NCBI RefSeq assembly: GCF_009914755.1
Contig: NC_060931.1
Direction: 5' to 3' (one strand)
Source: the human T2T-CHM13v2.0 reference genome, Homo sapiens
DNA length: 64,000 nt
Shown here: one piece after another, positions 28,535 to 41,335 of the stretch
How the letters are laid out: every line of letters begins with the position of its first letter
Numbering within the stretch: the stretch's first letter is position 1
Translations under genes and position numbers: made by a program
The notes under the pieces: model-generated
Database searches by the model: none
The model's input: only the letters and a program-made list of their open reading frames with translations
Told to the model about the DNA's origin: nothing

Positions 28535-28691
28535 TCTTTAAAAATTTTTTTTAAATTTGTATTTTTTTTTATAGAAAGAGGGTCTCACTATGTTCCCAGG
28601 CTTGTCTTGAACTCCTGGTCTCAAGCAATCCTCTCACCCTGGCCCCCAAAGTGATGAGATTATAGATAGGCATGAACCACAGCACCCAGCC
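28535..28691 (-). mobile_element. Free left Alu monomer (FLAM-like)
   Basis: Left-arm sequence with T-rich tail; 14-bp TSD catcatcatctctt (28521-28534, 28693-28706). Confidence 0.85.
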
Positions 28692-28752
28692 TCATCATCA
28701 TCTCTTGCCTGGTCAACTTCCTAACTGGTGTTTCTACTTTTCTTCTTACACC

Positions 28753-29307
28753 TGTCGTACCCTGCTTTCCCCAGAAAGCAGAGGTAGGACCAAAGCTTAT
28801 GTGCTTCTCTTGTATCAGAAGTGCAATGCCAAGGATGCAGGAATAAGGGAAAAGGTAGGTGAGGCAGAGAAGGTGGAAGAGCTAATAAGAGGGTGTGTTA
28901 ACATGCTAGCTTGGTATCAAAACAATGGATTGCTTATTCTTCTAAGGTGACATTTTAAGAGACCACAAGAACTCCACCATCTCCTGACAGTCTGTCATGA
29001 GGGAGGAAGAAACTTTTATTCACTGGCTCCCTTCTAATGATCAAAGATTCAACTTGGACACGTAACTCTCCTACAACTCCAGATTATGCTTACAGGGACA
29101 CTAGTAAGATCCCACACGTCTCACTCCTCAGTGGCTTCAAGGTAGTCCTAGGACAGTCATAAGGCACAGGCAAGAGGAAGGCAATGCTGGGCTATACCCA
29201 CATTAATTTGGAAGCCATGATGGCCGGGACAAAATGAGTGGTCAATGATCCCAGAGACGGGGACAGCTGAGCATATCTGACGAGGTACATGAGAGAAATT
29301 GTATACA
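28753..29307 (-). mobile_element. Old ERVL-type LTR (LTR16/LTR33-like)
   Basis: TGTC...ttccccagaaagcagag...ctaataagagggtgtgtt...TACA, inserted in L2-like sequence. Confidence 0.5.
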
Positions 29308-29329
29308 CCTCCCTGCACTCCTCTATCTA

Positions 29330-29900
29330 CATTGCACAGTGATCATTGTGGAAGCTAAATGAAGATTGTGTCAATCTCCAATAGCTCCCTTACATCTGTA
29401 ACACAATTCGGATCTCTACCTTGACACCAGATTCTTCAGCTACATCTCCTTTTTGCTTAATATTCTCCAGCTGTGGTGGTCTTTTTGCTGTTTCCCAAAC
29501 ATGCTGAGCTTCTTTTCCCCCTCAGCAGCTGGACACAGGTGTTCCCCTTCCTGGATATAGCCTGACCTAACATACTTAAATCTTAGCATGCCTCCCTTGG
29601 GTCATTCTGGTCTTTTCTCAAAAGTCACCTTTTGAGAAATGCTCTCCCTGTTCAGTGTTTATATACCTTCTCCCAAACATTTTATTTTCCATTACCTGTC
29701 TTTAGATTATGCTATAATATGTCAGTACCAGAAAGTATATTGTGTGTGCATTTGTTTCCTTCAGCATCTGCTTCTCTCCCTAGAACACAAACTACATCAC
29801 TTCTGGAAATTTACTTGTCTTGTTCCATAGCATATTAGTCCTGGAACATAGTAAGCACTACATAAATATTTGCAGTGTTTGCTGAATTACTGAACATGTG
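29330..29900 (+). mobile_element. Degenerate L2 3' fragment
   Basis: tctccctagaacacaaactacat...cctggaacatagtaagcactacataaatatttgc. Confidence 0.6.
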
Positions 29901-29959
29901 AATTACATAATGCTGTTTATGTGAAAAATACACCTCGGTAGAAGAAAAGGTCTTTTATG

Positions 29960-30105
29960 TATTAAATGGTGATCATATAAATTATTTTTCAAACTGAGAC
30001 ACTGAAGAGAATGCCAATATTTTGCTAGGTACCTGTTAATCGATGATATAATTAATTGTCCAAACTGGAAAAGTGTAAGGGGGAACTCTTAATAATTACA
30101 CTAAT
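29960..30105. mobile_element. hAT-Blackjack (MER81/MER94-like) remnants
   Basis: ggtgatcatataaattatttttcaaactgagacac, plus a second tataattaattgtccaaactgg...taataattacac. Confidence 0.4.
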
Positions 30106-33100
30106 ACACTAATAATTACACATTGTATCCTAGGTACTCTGCCAGGTGTTTAAACATGTCATAGCTTTTCCTCCCGAAGGTAAAAAATGTTTTCACTATA
30201 TTAGAGTACTTTGCTTTGTGGTTTTGACTCAGGAAAAAACTGTTTTCAATAACCTCTGGCAGGAAATTTACTCCGTTTAAGAGATCCAAAGGGGAAAACA
30301 TTTCTCTTAATCTAAAAGATTCATGCCATGCCAAATTCCAAGTGCATATTTATTCATTATCCTTCCTGCACTCTGCCCTCTCTTCCATTGGTCAAGTATT
30401 AAGACATAATTTATGGTTAATTTTGTGGGAATATATATGCTATATATGCACTGAAAAAATAAGTGTTGGAAATAAACTCACGAGTGGTTTTTTAGTCAAA
30501 TTCTCTAATGTTGCATTATTTTTATAATAGATGAAATATCAGGGAATATTAGACAAGTGAAACTTAAGCATTGTTTTCATTAGATTTATAACTGTGAGCA
30601 CTCCTTGGTTGAAAGAAATCAGAAGTAATAAATATTTTTAAATTATAAGGTTAAAACTTTAGGAGGGGAAAAGTATAAAGTAAGATAAGTCAATTTTTGA
30701 ATAACTATGTTGATGACCTAAACAAAGAATATAGTTAATAAATTCCCATATTATCCACAAACTATTTGTATCCATAATTTTGCTCTTTCATAGGCAATAG
30801 TATTTATAAAACTACCTTAAGTTTGTATACCATTTAACTGCTTCCAAAGCTCATGTATATACACTGTTTCATATGGTCCTCACAAAACATCCTCACATTA
30901 GGTAGTGCTGACATGGTCACTTTTATTATATAGATGTGGGTACTGATCCTCAAGGATAATTGACTTGTCCAAGGTTACACAAGGCTTAATTTAGGACTGA
31001 AACAAAGGCTTCCTAAATTCACACTCCTTTTATTCCTTGAAGCAAAGTCTTTAACTTTTCATTTTAGGAATTCTAAAGAAGTGTTGTAAAATCAAAGCTG
31101 AATCTTACTACTTCTTGCTTATCATCTGGTTGTGATTTTCAGTGGAAGTTGTCATATTCAGAGGCAGTATAAGAACAGATATAAATGGAAAAATATATGA
31201 TCATATTCAACAGTCTTTGATTGTGACAATTAGGGTGAGAGAAAGGAAAATCATTAAATTCAGGTTTTGTCTAGTCATTTAAAATTTAATTCCCCTTTCA
31301 AGTATTCAATTAGTAAAAACAAACAACAACAACAAAAAATACGCCCTTTGCCTATTGCCTCAATTTTCTTTCCATTTAGAGGACAATAACTTGACAATAA
31401 AGTGATTTTTTGTTGTTTTAAGAATATAGCTACTAGATGTAAAATCCTCAATCTAAATCATTATGATAACAGCTGGATGTGGTGATATAGCATGTTCCAA
31501 GAACCTTTATGTTGTCTAATTGATGAAGTGCTCAGATGCATGACTCAGAAATGCTATATCCATTTCTAAGAAATTCTCATAAAAAATTCACGTCCTTTCA
31601 GCTAAGAAGGAAAACCTTTGTGCATGTCACTTGCACTTGCAGTGATTGCCAAGAGACTGGGAGGTTGCTATTAATAAGGATCCCTGCTGTTGCTGCACTC
31701 AGTGATTTATCACCTTCACATCTCTAAATGGGAGGAGGTCAGATCAGACAGAGGAAGCCATTCATTCAAAGGTGGCATTTCCCTTTCCACTGCCAGTGCT
31801 TTAAAATACAGTAATTCATACTTAATTAATGGCTGTCTTTTGTGGCATTATGGTTCTGTTCATTGAGGTTTACAATACAAACTGCTACTTTCTAATATAA
31901 TTATTCAATGATATTACCATCAATGTTAGAAGTGTACCACTGCCATCAAGAGCCCTGGCTCCTCTCCCTTATTGAAGAAATCTGCTACTACATCAAGGTT
32001 CATTCAGTGGATAAAGATTAAGGAATCTTATAATTTAAAATGCTATACTACTTATTATTGTCTTTCTAAACTCTAATTTATAGTCAGTGACATTTGTTTA
32101 CCTATTCTTTCTCATTAACATTTACGAACACATACAATTATTTTATGGCCCTAATAGATGAGATACTTAGCAATGCGTTATTGACTTTTGTTATCTTTAC
32201 AAGGCAGCTCAATAATAAATAGTTGAGGTCCTTAGAATGTAACATCAAACCTGATTTACCAGTACTGGGTTTTCTTATGTCTTAAAACTGAAATGTATAG
32301 CAATTGAAAATAAATTTATCGTCCACTGAGAATATTCATCTTGACCTGAGACATCAAATTTACATGTTTTTCTTAGGTATCCCATCAATTTTTGGATAAG
32401 GCCAATGGATAGCAATGTTTCTTTGAAGAATATCTGATAATTAAGAAAAAATATTCCCCTCTTTTTTGTAGTCTAATACTATGCATTCTGGTTTCAGATT
32501 TTCTTTTCAGTTACTTCATTTTAATATATCCTTCTTAGTACATTTTAATATATCCTTCTTGGAAATATTATCATTTCATTTTAGAGGCAAATTATCACCA
32601 GGTCACATGGGGACTGAGTGGAGGAAAGTGATGTGAACACATACTTATTAACTCCAGGACAATACTCTTAAGTTGTGTTAGTAAATAGAGGTCTGTCCAA
32701 TTCTATGCTATGGTGATAAATCAATGTCTGAAAGGCACTTAGGAAAATTATCAAGAAAGCCCCTTTTGCCTATTCTGTGTGATATTCCAGCTGTTCATAA
32801 AGAATTACAGGAGTCTTGACTTTTTAAAAAGTTTTGGATCCAAGTAATGAATCATAGCAATGTACTTGAACATTAAGTGGGCTTTGCGCATATTGCTAAC
32901 TTTTAATTAGCACTTACCACGTTCTTCCCAATAACATCACTTCAAATATAGACCAGTGGTTAGACACTTAATACAGACTAGACTGACAGTCTTCTGATGC
33001 CATATAGCAATTTCGTGGTTCTTATGTTATTTCCTTCTAGAGATGCCCTGATTTTTAAGGAACCCAAAATGAATCTACAGGCCTTTTATGATTTTTCATA

Positions 33101-33391
33101 CCATGTTGGATACCTGCATGTAAATGTTTTCAATGCAAAACTGTCCTGCTAATGACAGTCTAGAAGGAGATCTCTTTTTTGACCTTCATGTCATTGACTT
33201 GTTGGATTAAAATCAAACCCTACATTTCTCCTGAGATACATACTGACTGATGTACCAAATCAGGTGGTGGCAATAAACTTCAAGAGAAAGCTTTACCATT
33301 ACATTAAAAGATGAAATAACAGATTTATTTGTTTTCACTTAAAATAAGTAGATTATCATGTGCTTGTATCAATTTTTATGATACCAGGTTT

Positions 33392-35084
<1,693 letters not shown>

Positions 35085-35159
35085 TTAATCAACCTTTTAA
35101 TTAATTGAAGACTATATTCTCTTGGAATTTTTAATTGTTGCATTTGCCCTGATATTTTG

Positions 35160-35880
35160 TATTTAAACATTTATTTTGGAATAATTACAGAAAAGTTGCC
35201 AAGATTGTATACAGAGTTCCCATATAGCCCTCACACCGTTTTTCCTAAAGTTAACATTTTAGCAAAACTAAGAAATTGGCAAAACTAAGAAACCAACACT
35301 GGTATATTACTATTAACTGAATTCCAGATTTTATTTGGATTTCACCAGTTTTTCCACTGATGTCCTTTTTCTGTTCCAGGATCTAATCCAGAATCCCCCA
35401 ATGCATTTTGTTGTCATATTTCTTTAGGATAATCTAAAAACTGTGACAGTTTCTCAGACTTTCCTTGTTTTTGATGACCTCGACATGTTTTGAGGAGTAC
35501 TGGTCACATATTTCATAGAGTTTTCCTCAATTTGGGTTTGTCTAATGTTTTCTCATGATTAACCTGTGGTTACTGGTTTTGTGAACAGGTACCCCAGAGA
35601 TGGAGTGGTCTTCTCATCACCATATACAGAGTATATTAGATTAACATGACACTACTAGTGATCTTAACCTTAATCATCTGGTAGAGGTAATATTTGCCAG
35701 GATATTCCACTATAAAGTTATTATTTCCTCTTTCCATACTCCCTTATTTGGAAGTGAGTCATTAAATACAGTTTATACTCTAGAGGGTGCGTTAAACTCT
35801 ACCTCCTGGAGGGGGAGGAGTATCTAAAAGATTATTTTAAATCTTCTATAAGGAAGATTGGTCCTTTCTCTCATTTTTTG
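35160..35880 (-). mobile_element. Old L1M (L1MC-like) 3' fragment
   Basis: ttttatttggatttcaccagtttttccactgatgtcctttttctgttccaggatc resembles the L1MC 3' end; boundaries approximate. Confidence 0.65.
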
Positions 35881-36489
35881 AAAGATAATATTGACAATAG
35901 AACCACTATCCCATGACTTTTACCCTGAAGTGGATATCATTCACTCACATGTGAGCATATCCACATTAAAAAGTAATATGGAATAAAAGTTATTTTGATA
36001 GTCTCATCAATTACCGACCTCTTTAGCTTTCTATAATAGAAAAGACATGTATTTTCACCTTTGGAAATTACTAGTTTTCATATTTTAATGAAGAGAGGTT
36101 GCACTTAAAAGTGAGAATTTAAATACTATTAGGAGACATGATTATTTGTAATGAGAAAGTCACATTAAACCTGTTAAATATTTTTATAATGCTTTGTATC
36201 TTTAGCATTTCTTACAATCACTTTTATTCATGGTTCTTCCTTCAAAGATGCCCTGTGAAGTAGCCCTATGGATGAGAACAAAGAGGTGCACTTGGCCTGC
36301 TTCTCTAAGCCTAGGTGAGTTTACTTACAATTCTACGAATTAAAATTCCTCTCCGTTAAGTGAGTTTAAATTGAAAATAAAGTGAATTTGAGAATACCAA
36401 AATACAGAAAAATTCAATCAAATTTTAAAGTTGGTACTAATTATACTTGTTATTGGAATGTAATTTAGTTTTCTTAATTTAGTTTCTAA

Positions 36490-37350
36490 TGGTTTATTCA
36501 TTTATTCTTTTATACCATAACTTTTATGTCTAGTACAGTACACGTCAAGCTCTGTGTTGGATGCTTATAAATGGATATAGAAAAGACAGTCTCTACCTGT
36601 AAAAAAATGACTATCTAGCATGGATAGAAAGACATATGGCTGAATCAACAATAAATTGACAGTGCATATGTGCTGCTGTAGGGATGGAAAAGGGGTGTTT
36701 GTGTGGCTCAAAACCTGGAGAGTTTAATTTCTTTGGAAGGCCATGGATAAAGTCTCAGAGGAAGTAATATTTACTTTGAGCCTTAAGGAGTACATTTACC
36801 GAAAGGACAATGGACAAGTAGAGATTCTTGGCAGAGATCAAAGTGTATAAAAAGGCACAATGATATTAACATAATAGGCCACTTTCAGGGAAATGGAAAC
36901 AATTTTTGCATGACAGAATGTGTATGCAGGTTGCTGATAAGAAGGCAGGAGAAGAGAGCAGTGAGGAAGAGAAAGTGTTTATGCCACGTTGATGAATTTC
37001 TACTTTAACCTAAAGACTAAGGAATTCTAAATAGGGAAGTTATATAATATTTCTTGTATTTTTAAAGAGCAGCCCAGCACAGTGTCAAGACAAAGAGGCC
37101 AGATACAATGCAACTGCAGGAGAGAATGTGTGAGGGCCTGAGTATCACAACAGGAATGGAGATGGGTGGGTCATTTGGAAAATTGTTTCAGAAGGCAAAA
37201 ATGATGGAGTTACTGACATGATTAAATTTGAATAGTAACAAACAGGTTTCTCTTTGGGCAAAGCTTGGGTAACAGGAGAGTGAGATGAGGTTTGTTGTAA
37301 ATAAAGAAGGTGACTCAAACTTACTCATGAAAATAATTAGTAGGCGATTG
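36490..37350 (-). mobile_element. Degenerate L2 fragment
   Basis: ttattcatttattc start, cagaggaagtaatatttactttgagccttaagga, purine-rich plus strand. Confidence 0.55.
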
Positions 37351-37887
37351 GAGATAAAACCATTCCCCGATTATCAAAGTTTGTTCTTGAAAACTCTTCT
37401 TAGGGAAAAGTATTAAAGCAGTCTAAAAAGTATTTGTCACAAAAATTGTTAGTATTTAAATAATGGAATATTTTAAAGATACATGTATATATTCTCAATA
37501 TTTCGGTAATTTAAACCTTATTCACCCTTCCCCTAAAAAACCCTCAGAACAAAGTCAAGAGACATCATGAAAAGTCACATAAATGGTGTACAAGATTATT
37601 AAAGCTATAAACTTCCAAACTATGTACAAACTATCATCAGAGTCAACCTCATAATTCACAGGACTTCTTTTTCAGAAACCAAGACGTGCTATTAAAGGTA
37701 CTAAAATATAAATCTTTTACTTTTAAAAATATTTTCTTATAAAATGAAATAGGGCAATAGTGATATACGAATAACAATACAAACTTATAAATTATTTTAA
37801 AAAGTCTCTTTGGAGTCGCACGTTGTTATAGTAAAATAAATCATAATACTTTGTTAATGTGATATATTTATTGATCATAAGATTTTT

Positions 37888-38317
37888 TGCAGTTTATAGC
37901 TGCAGCGAACACCGGGAATGAAGTATACAGACAATTCCAGCTGAGCGGGGAGGGGAGCAGCTCCTCTGAGAGAGTGTCACCCCAAGATCCGTCCACCAAA
38001 TATTATTGAGAGAGCTTGTTTAAACTACAATTCAAACAAACAAGAGACATCCACCAGGTGGCGATTTGTGGTCCGGTCATGAGGCACATATGGCCCATAT
38101 GGCCTTGCTTATTAATCTAAAAGCACTTAGATCACATTCTCCTGAGGCTGTTTTCAGTGCTCCTTATCACACATTCTGCTCCTTGCCCTGTTTTCAGGGT
38201 CAAGGAGTTTCAGTCTTATGTACAAACAACATGCACACAGTGCCTCAGTATTTTTCCATGCCCCAACCTCAAATGCCTTGTACATAAGCTTGAATATATT
38301 GCTGTGCACCCCCCACA
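37888..38317 (-). mobile_element. 3' LTR of provirus (MER95-like by recollection)
   Basis: Copy of 40914-41335 with about 40 substitutions and a 9-bp duplication (catatggcc x2, 38087-38104). Directly preceded on the minus strand by the PPT. Confidence 0.9.
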
Positions 38318-38332
38318 TATCTCCCCCTTAAT
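38318..38332 (-). promoter_or_regulatory. Polypurine tract of provirus
   Basis: Minus strand ATTAAGGGGGAGATA directly abutting TGTGGG of the 3' LTR. Confidence 0.85.
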
Positions 38333-40213
38333 TCTTAGAGCATGTTGGTTATCTAATGCAAGGTAAGCTTCTATCATTCTTCCCTAGTCATAAATGTGTT
38401 GGGTGGCAGCACAGAGCTATTTGTAGATGTCTAGCAAACAGATATAAAAAAGAATAAGTATAGCGGCCATCACCCAAATGTGTATGTTTGACTCAGACAA
38501 CCAAGTATTTGGGTTTAACAATTAAAAGTCTTCTTGTAATTGCTGAAGGGTATTTGTTTATAATTACTGTGACCATTCTTCATGTTGTTTCTTTAACTTG
38601 CACTCAAGAGTGGAAACTTGAGAAGATAGGTGGTCGTGATAAGTCCCTTGTAGGTATGCTTTCACTCTCTTCCAAGCATACCGGGAGCTATCATATGGCA
38701 AAGGTGTAACACAGATAGAATTATATTGCCAATCACAATGTAAATTTTGATGAGTAATGAATGCCTGTGGTTGATCTCCTAGCCATTCAACGGCGCTTCA
38801 AGGGCCTCTAGGTGAGACAAAATACTCTTATCAATGTTTACTTGTTCTTGAAATTCATGGGTTACATTGCATAGCATGTGGTTCACCACTGAGGCTGTAT
38901 GAACAGATTCTGTCAAACAGATAGCTGTAGTAGTGGCAGTTGTTAATATAATAATAGCTGAGACTAAAAAGGCAATTAAAGTGGCCAGAATTTTTTTTTT
39001 TTTTTTTGAGTATGAGACAGTGCTTTTCTAAATAACTGCAGGGTGGAATCCCTTCCCAGTTCCTGGTAAAATTTACAGGGAGCCACAATTCTGTATGCCA
39101 TTTTAAGATTATGACATAGGTTATATTTAACTGTATAATATTTCGATGAGACAAGCATGTAGCATACCAACGACTGGAAGAGACTATAAAAGGATTATTA
39201 ATTACTAATTATTATTAATACTATAAAAGATTGATTCTGCTGTATGTTAGGAACACCTTGCCCAAACAGAAGTATATAGGGGTGCGTAGTACAAATCAGG
39301 ACGGTATCAGTAACATTATTGTGCAAGCAGAGGGTATAGTTGTCACTGCTATTAGTGTAATCATCATGTGAAAGAATTCGTTCGAAAAAAGGAAGTCCTA
39401 GTCTCCAAATTCAGGTATGAGCAGGGCTTAAAGCTTGTTCCCTTTTTTAATTGTAACATTGGTCCTGAAAGCTCATATTCTGACCAAGTGATGGCAATAT
39501 TGGAGGGACTGCCAAACCCAATAGTCTGATTTGCAGACACGAGATTACCATGGGGACCCCAATCAAGTAAGGTGCCATTATCAAACAGAGGCCCCTGACG
39601 TGGCGCAGGTTGTCTGCACGGGGACTACTGGATGGCCTCAAACTTATATGGCCAGTCTCTACTCAGACAGCATATAGGAAGATCCGGCACTTGTACAACT
39701 TCATTAGAGACCTCAGTAAGACTAGTCTAACGGCAGAAATAAAGGACAAATTTGCAAGCTTAGCATCCCTTTTGGGCTGATAGTAAAGATACTCCTGAGG
39801 AATGACAGTAATACACTTATTGTGAGTAATTGTGGAAAAACAAGTCAGGGGATTACTAGACAATAGAGTCAAAGAGTCACTGAGTTTAATCTATCCTAAA
39901 TTTCAGTTAAGGGGTAAGACAAGGGCATCCATCTACCTCCTGTCCAAGAAGTATCATTAGATGACAAAGGCGGGTCTGCATCCCACCACATAATCACATT
40001 AAAAACAGGGGGATTCAGAACATGACTCCAATAAACATGTTCTTGAGCTGAGTCCACCTGGCAAAGAACAAGAAATACCAGCCACCCCAACACCCATGTC
40101 TTTCTTACTTTCTCAGAAGCTTTCCCAATGACCGCCAGATACATAAGAAACTGGTTCTGTGCAGCTGCAGGGGCTCCCCTGGCCGTAAGCCGGATAGTTG
40201 TCTGTTGGTCCAA
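38330..40213 (-). pseudogene. Degenerate, near full-length betaretrovirus-type env (signal peptide-SU-TM)
   Basis: YWSHVLNPPVFNVIMWWDADPPLSSNDTSW (HERV-K [30 protein letters not shown]); GTLLDWGPHG (GTIIDWAPRG); LWLPVNFTRNWEG (VWIPVSMDRPWEA); hydrophobic fusion peptide; CDWQYNSIC CX7C loop at 38711-38737 (CDWNTSDFC); LNPNTW plus membrane span. Multiple stops and frameshifts. Confidence 0.9.
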
Positions 40214-40770
40214 CAGATGCAGGTCTTCTTAAGGGTGGAGGAAAAGAGGGCAATGGCTTTTCTATTAGGGGAGGAAAAGAGGGCAATGGCTTTTCTATTA
40301 GGGGAGGAAAAGGCTGCACTCTGTCCTCATCAACACTAGAAAAAGTGTCTTCTTTATGCCCTACTGAATGGAATGAAGTGGGGGGAGGAGCCCCTCCCTG
40401 TTGTTCTGGTTCCTGCATTCTCTTCCCCTTTAAATTTTCTGAATTACCTTCAGGTGAAGAAAATGGGCGCTCTGACTCACCATGATCTGGCATATAAAGA
40501 GAGTACAACGCAGAGTGTACCAGAGTCCAGGTGGTCAAAATGGTAACATTAGTAAAATGACCCTGCTCAAATCTTCTTTGCAGGCAGTGACCCACCTGAT
40601 CCCATAACTCCTAGTCTAATCTTGATCAGAGAAACAAGGGCATTCCTGTCAAATTAAAAATGTAAGCTTATGCAAAGTTTTAGACTTTACGGTACACTGG
40701 ATAGCCTTAAGTAATTGTTGCACCGTTTAAAAAAAAAAACTTTCTGCTCTTTGGTCAATTTCTGACCCAG
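40214..40770 (-). pseudogene. Degenerate gag 5' part (beta-type matrix p10 plus proline-rich spacer), truncated before capsid
   Basis: (M>L)GQKLTKEQKVFF/KTVQQLLKAIQCTVKSKTLHKLTFLI*QECPCF...LWDQVGHCLQRRFEQGHFTNVTILTTWTLVHSAL parallels the MPMV/HERV-K matrix (MGQ...CPWF...W..VG..L...W..I). Start codon is CTG; frameshifts and a stop present. Confidence 0.85.
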
Positions 40771-40866
40771 GATAACCCAACCCCTGGTATTATATGAATC
40801 GGTCCCATCCTCCTGAAATGGGTCGGGACTGTCCCTTACTGACACTCCCCAAAGACTGATGAGTTT

Positions 40867-40872
40867 ACTTAC
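40867..40872 (-). promoter_or_regulatory. Probable proviral major splice donor
   Basis: GA|GTAAGT on the minus strand in the leader between PBS and gag, the usual position. Confidence 0.55.
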
Positions 40873-40892
40873 TCCACACATAATTTTAAGGC

Positions 40893-40911
40893 AATCATGT
40901 CAGGGTAACCA
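40893..40911 (-). promoter_or_regulatory. Primer-binding site, tRNA-Trp type
   Basis: Minus strand TGGTTACCCTGACATGATT, 2 nt after the LTR end. Matches the complement of the tRNA-Trp(CCA) 3' end, TGGTGACCCCGACGTGATT, at 16/19. Two of the three mismatches are CpG-type transitions. Confidence 0.8.
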
Positions 40912-40913
40912 CT

Positions 40914-41335
40914 TGCAGCTTATAGCTGCAGCGAACGCTGAGAATGAAGTACTCAAACAATTTCAGCTGAGCAGGGTGGGGAGCAGCTCCTCTGAGAGAG
41001 TGTTGCCCCAAGATCTGTCCATCAAATATTTATTGAGAGAGCTTGTTTAAACTACAATTCAGACAAACAAGAGACATCCACCAGCTGGCGATTTCTGGTC
41101 AGATCATGAGGCACCTATGACCTTGTTTACTACATATAAAAGCACTCAGACCACATTCTCAGGAGGCTGTTTTCAAGGCTCCTTATCACACATTCCGTTC
41201 CTTGCCCTGTTTTCAGGGTCGAGGAGTTTCAGTCTCATGCACAAACAACATGCACACAGTGCCTCAGTATTTTTCCATGCCTCGACATCAAATGCCTTGT
41301 ACATAAGCTTGAATATGTTCCTGTGCACCCCCACA
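40914..41335 (-). mobile_element. 5' LTR of provirus (MER95-like by recollection)
   Basis: Minus strand begins TGTGGGGGTGCACAGG and ends GCTATAAGCTGCA. Contains AATAAA (plus-strand TTTATT near 41030). About 90% identical to 37888-38317 by eye. Confidence 0.9.

Larger units (their letters stand above)
37888..41335 (-). mobile_element. Endogenous retrovirus provirus, class II (betaretrovirus-like), internally deleted: LTR-PBS-gag(5')-env-PPT-LTR
   Basis: Direct repeats 37888-38317 and 40914-41335, each TG...CA on the minus strand. PBS next to the 5' LTR and polypurine tract next to the 3' LTR. Beta-type gag matrix and env motifs in between. Flanked by TTTTT on both sides (37883-37887, 41336-41340), a possible low-complexity TSD. 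Confidence 0.95.

Noticed and set aside
38330-40213. Domesticated (syncytin-like) env
   Set aside because: Multiple stops and frameshifts; the longest open pieces are about 100 codons.
37888-41335. Provirus as HERV-W (because of the Trp PBS) or as HML-2
   Set aside because: Env TM has the beta-type CX7C loop, not the gamma-type CX6CC with immunosuppressive domain. The ~425-bp LTRs are unlike LTR17 or LTR5.
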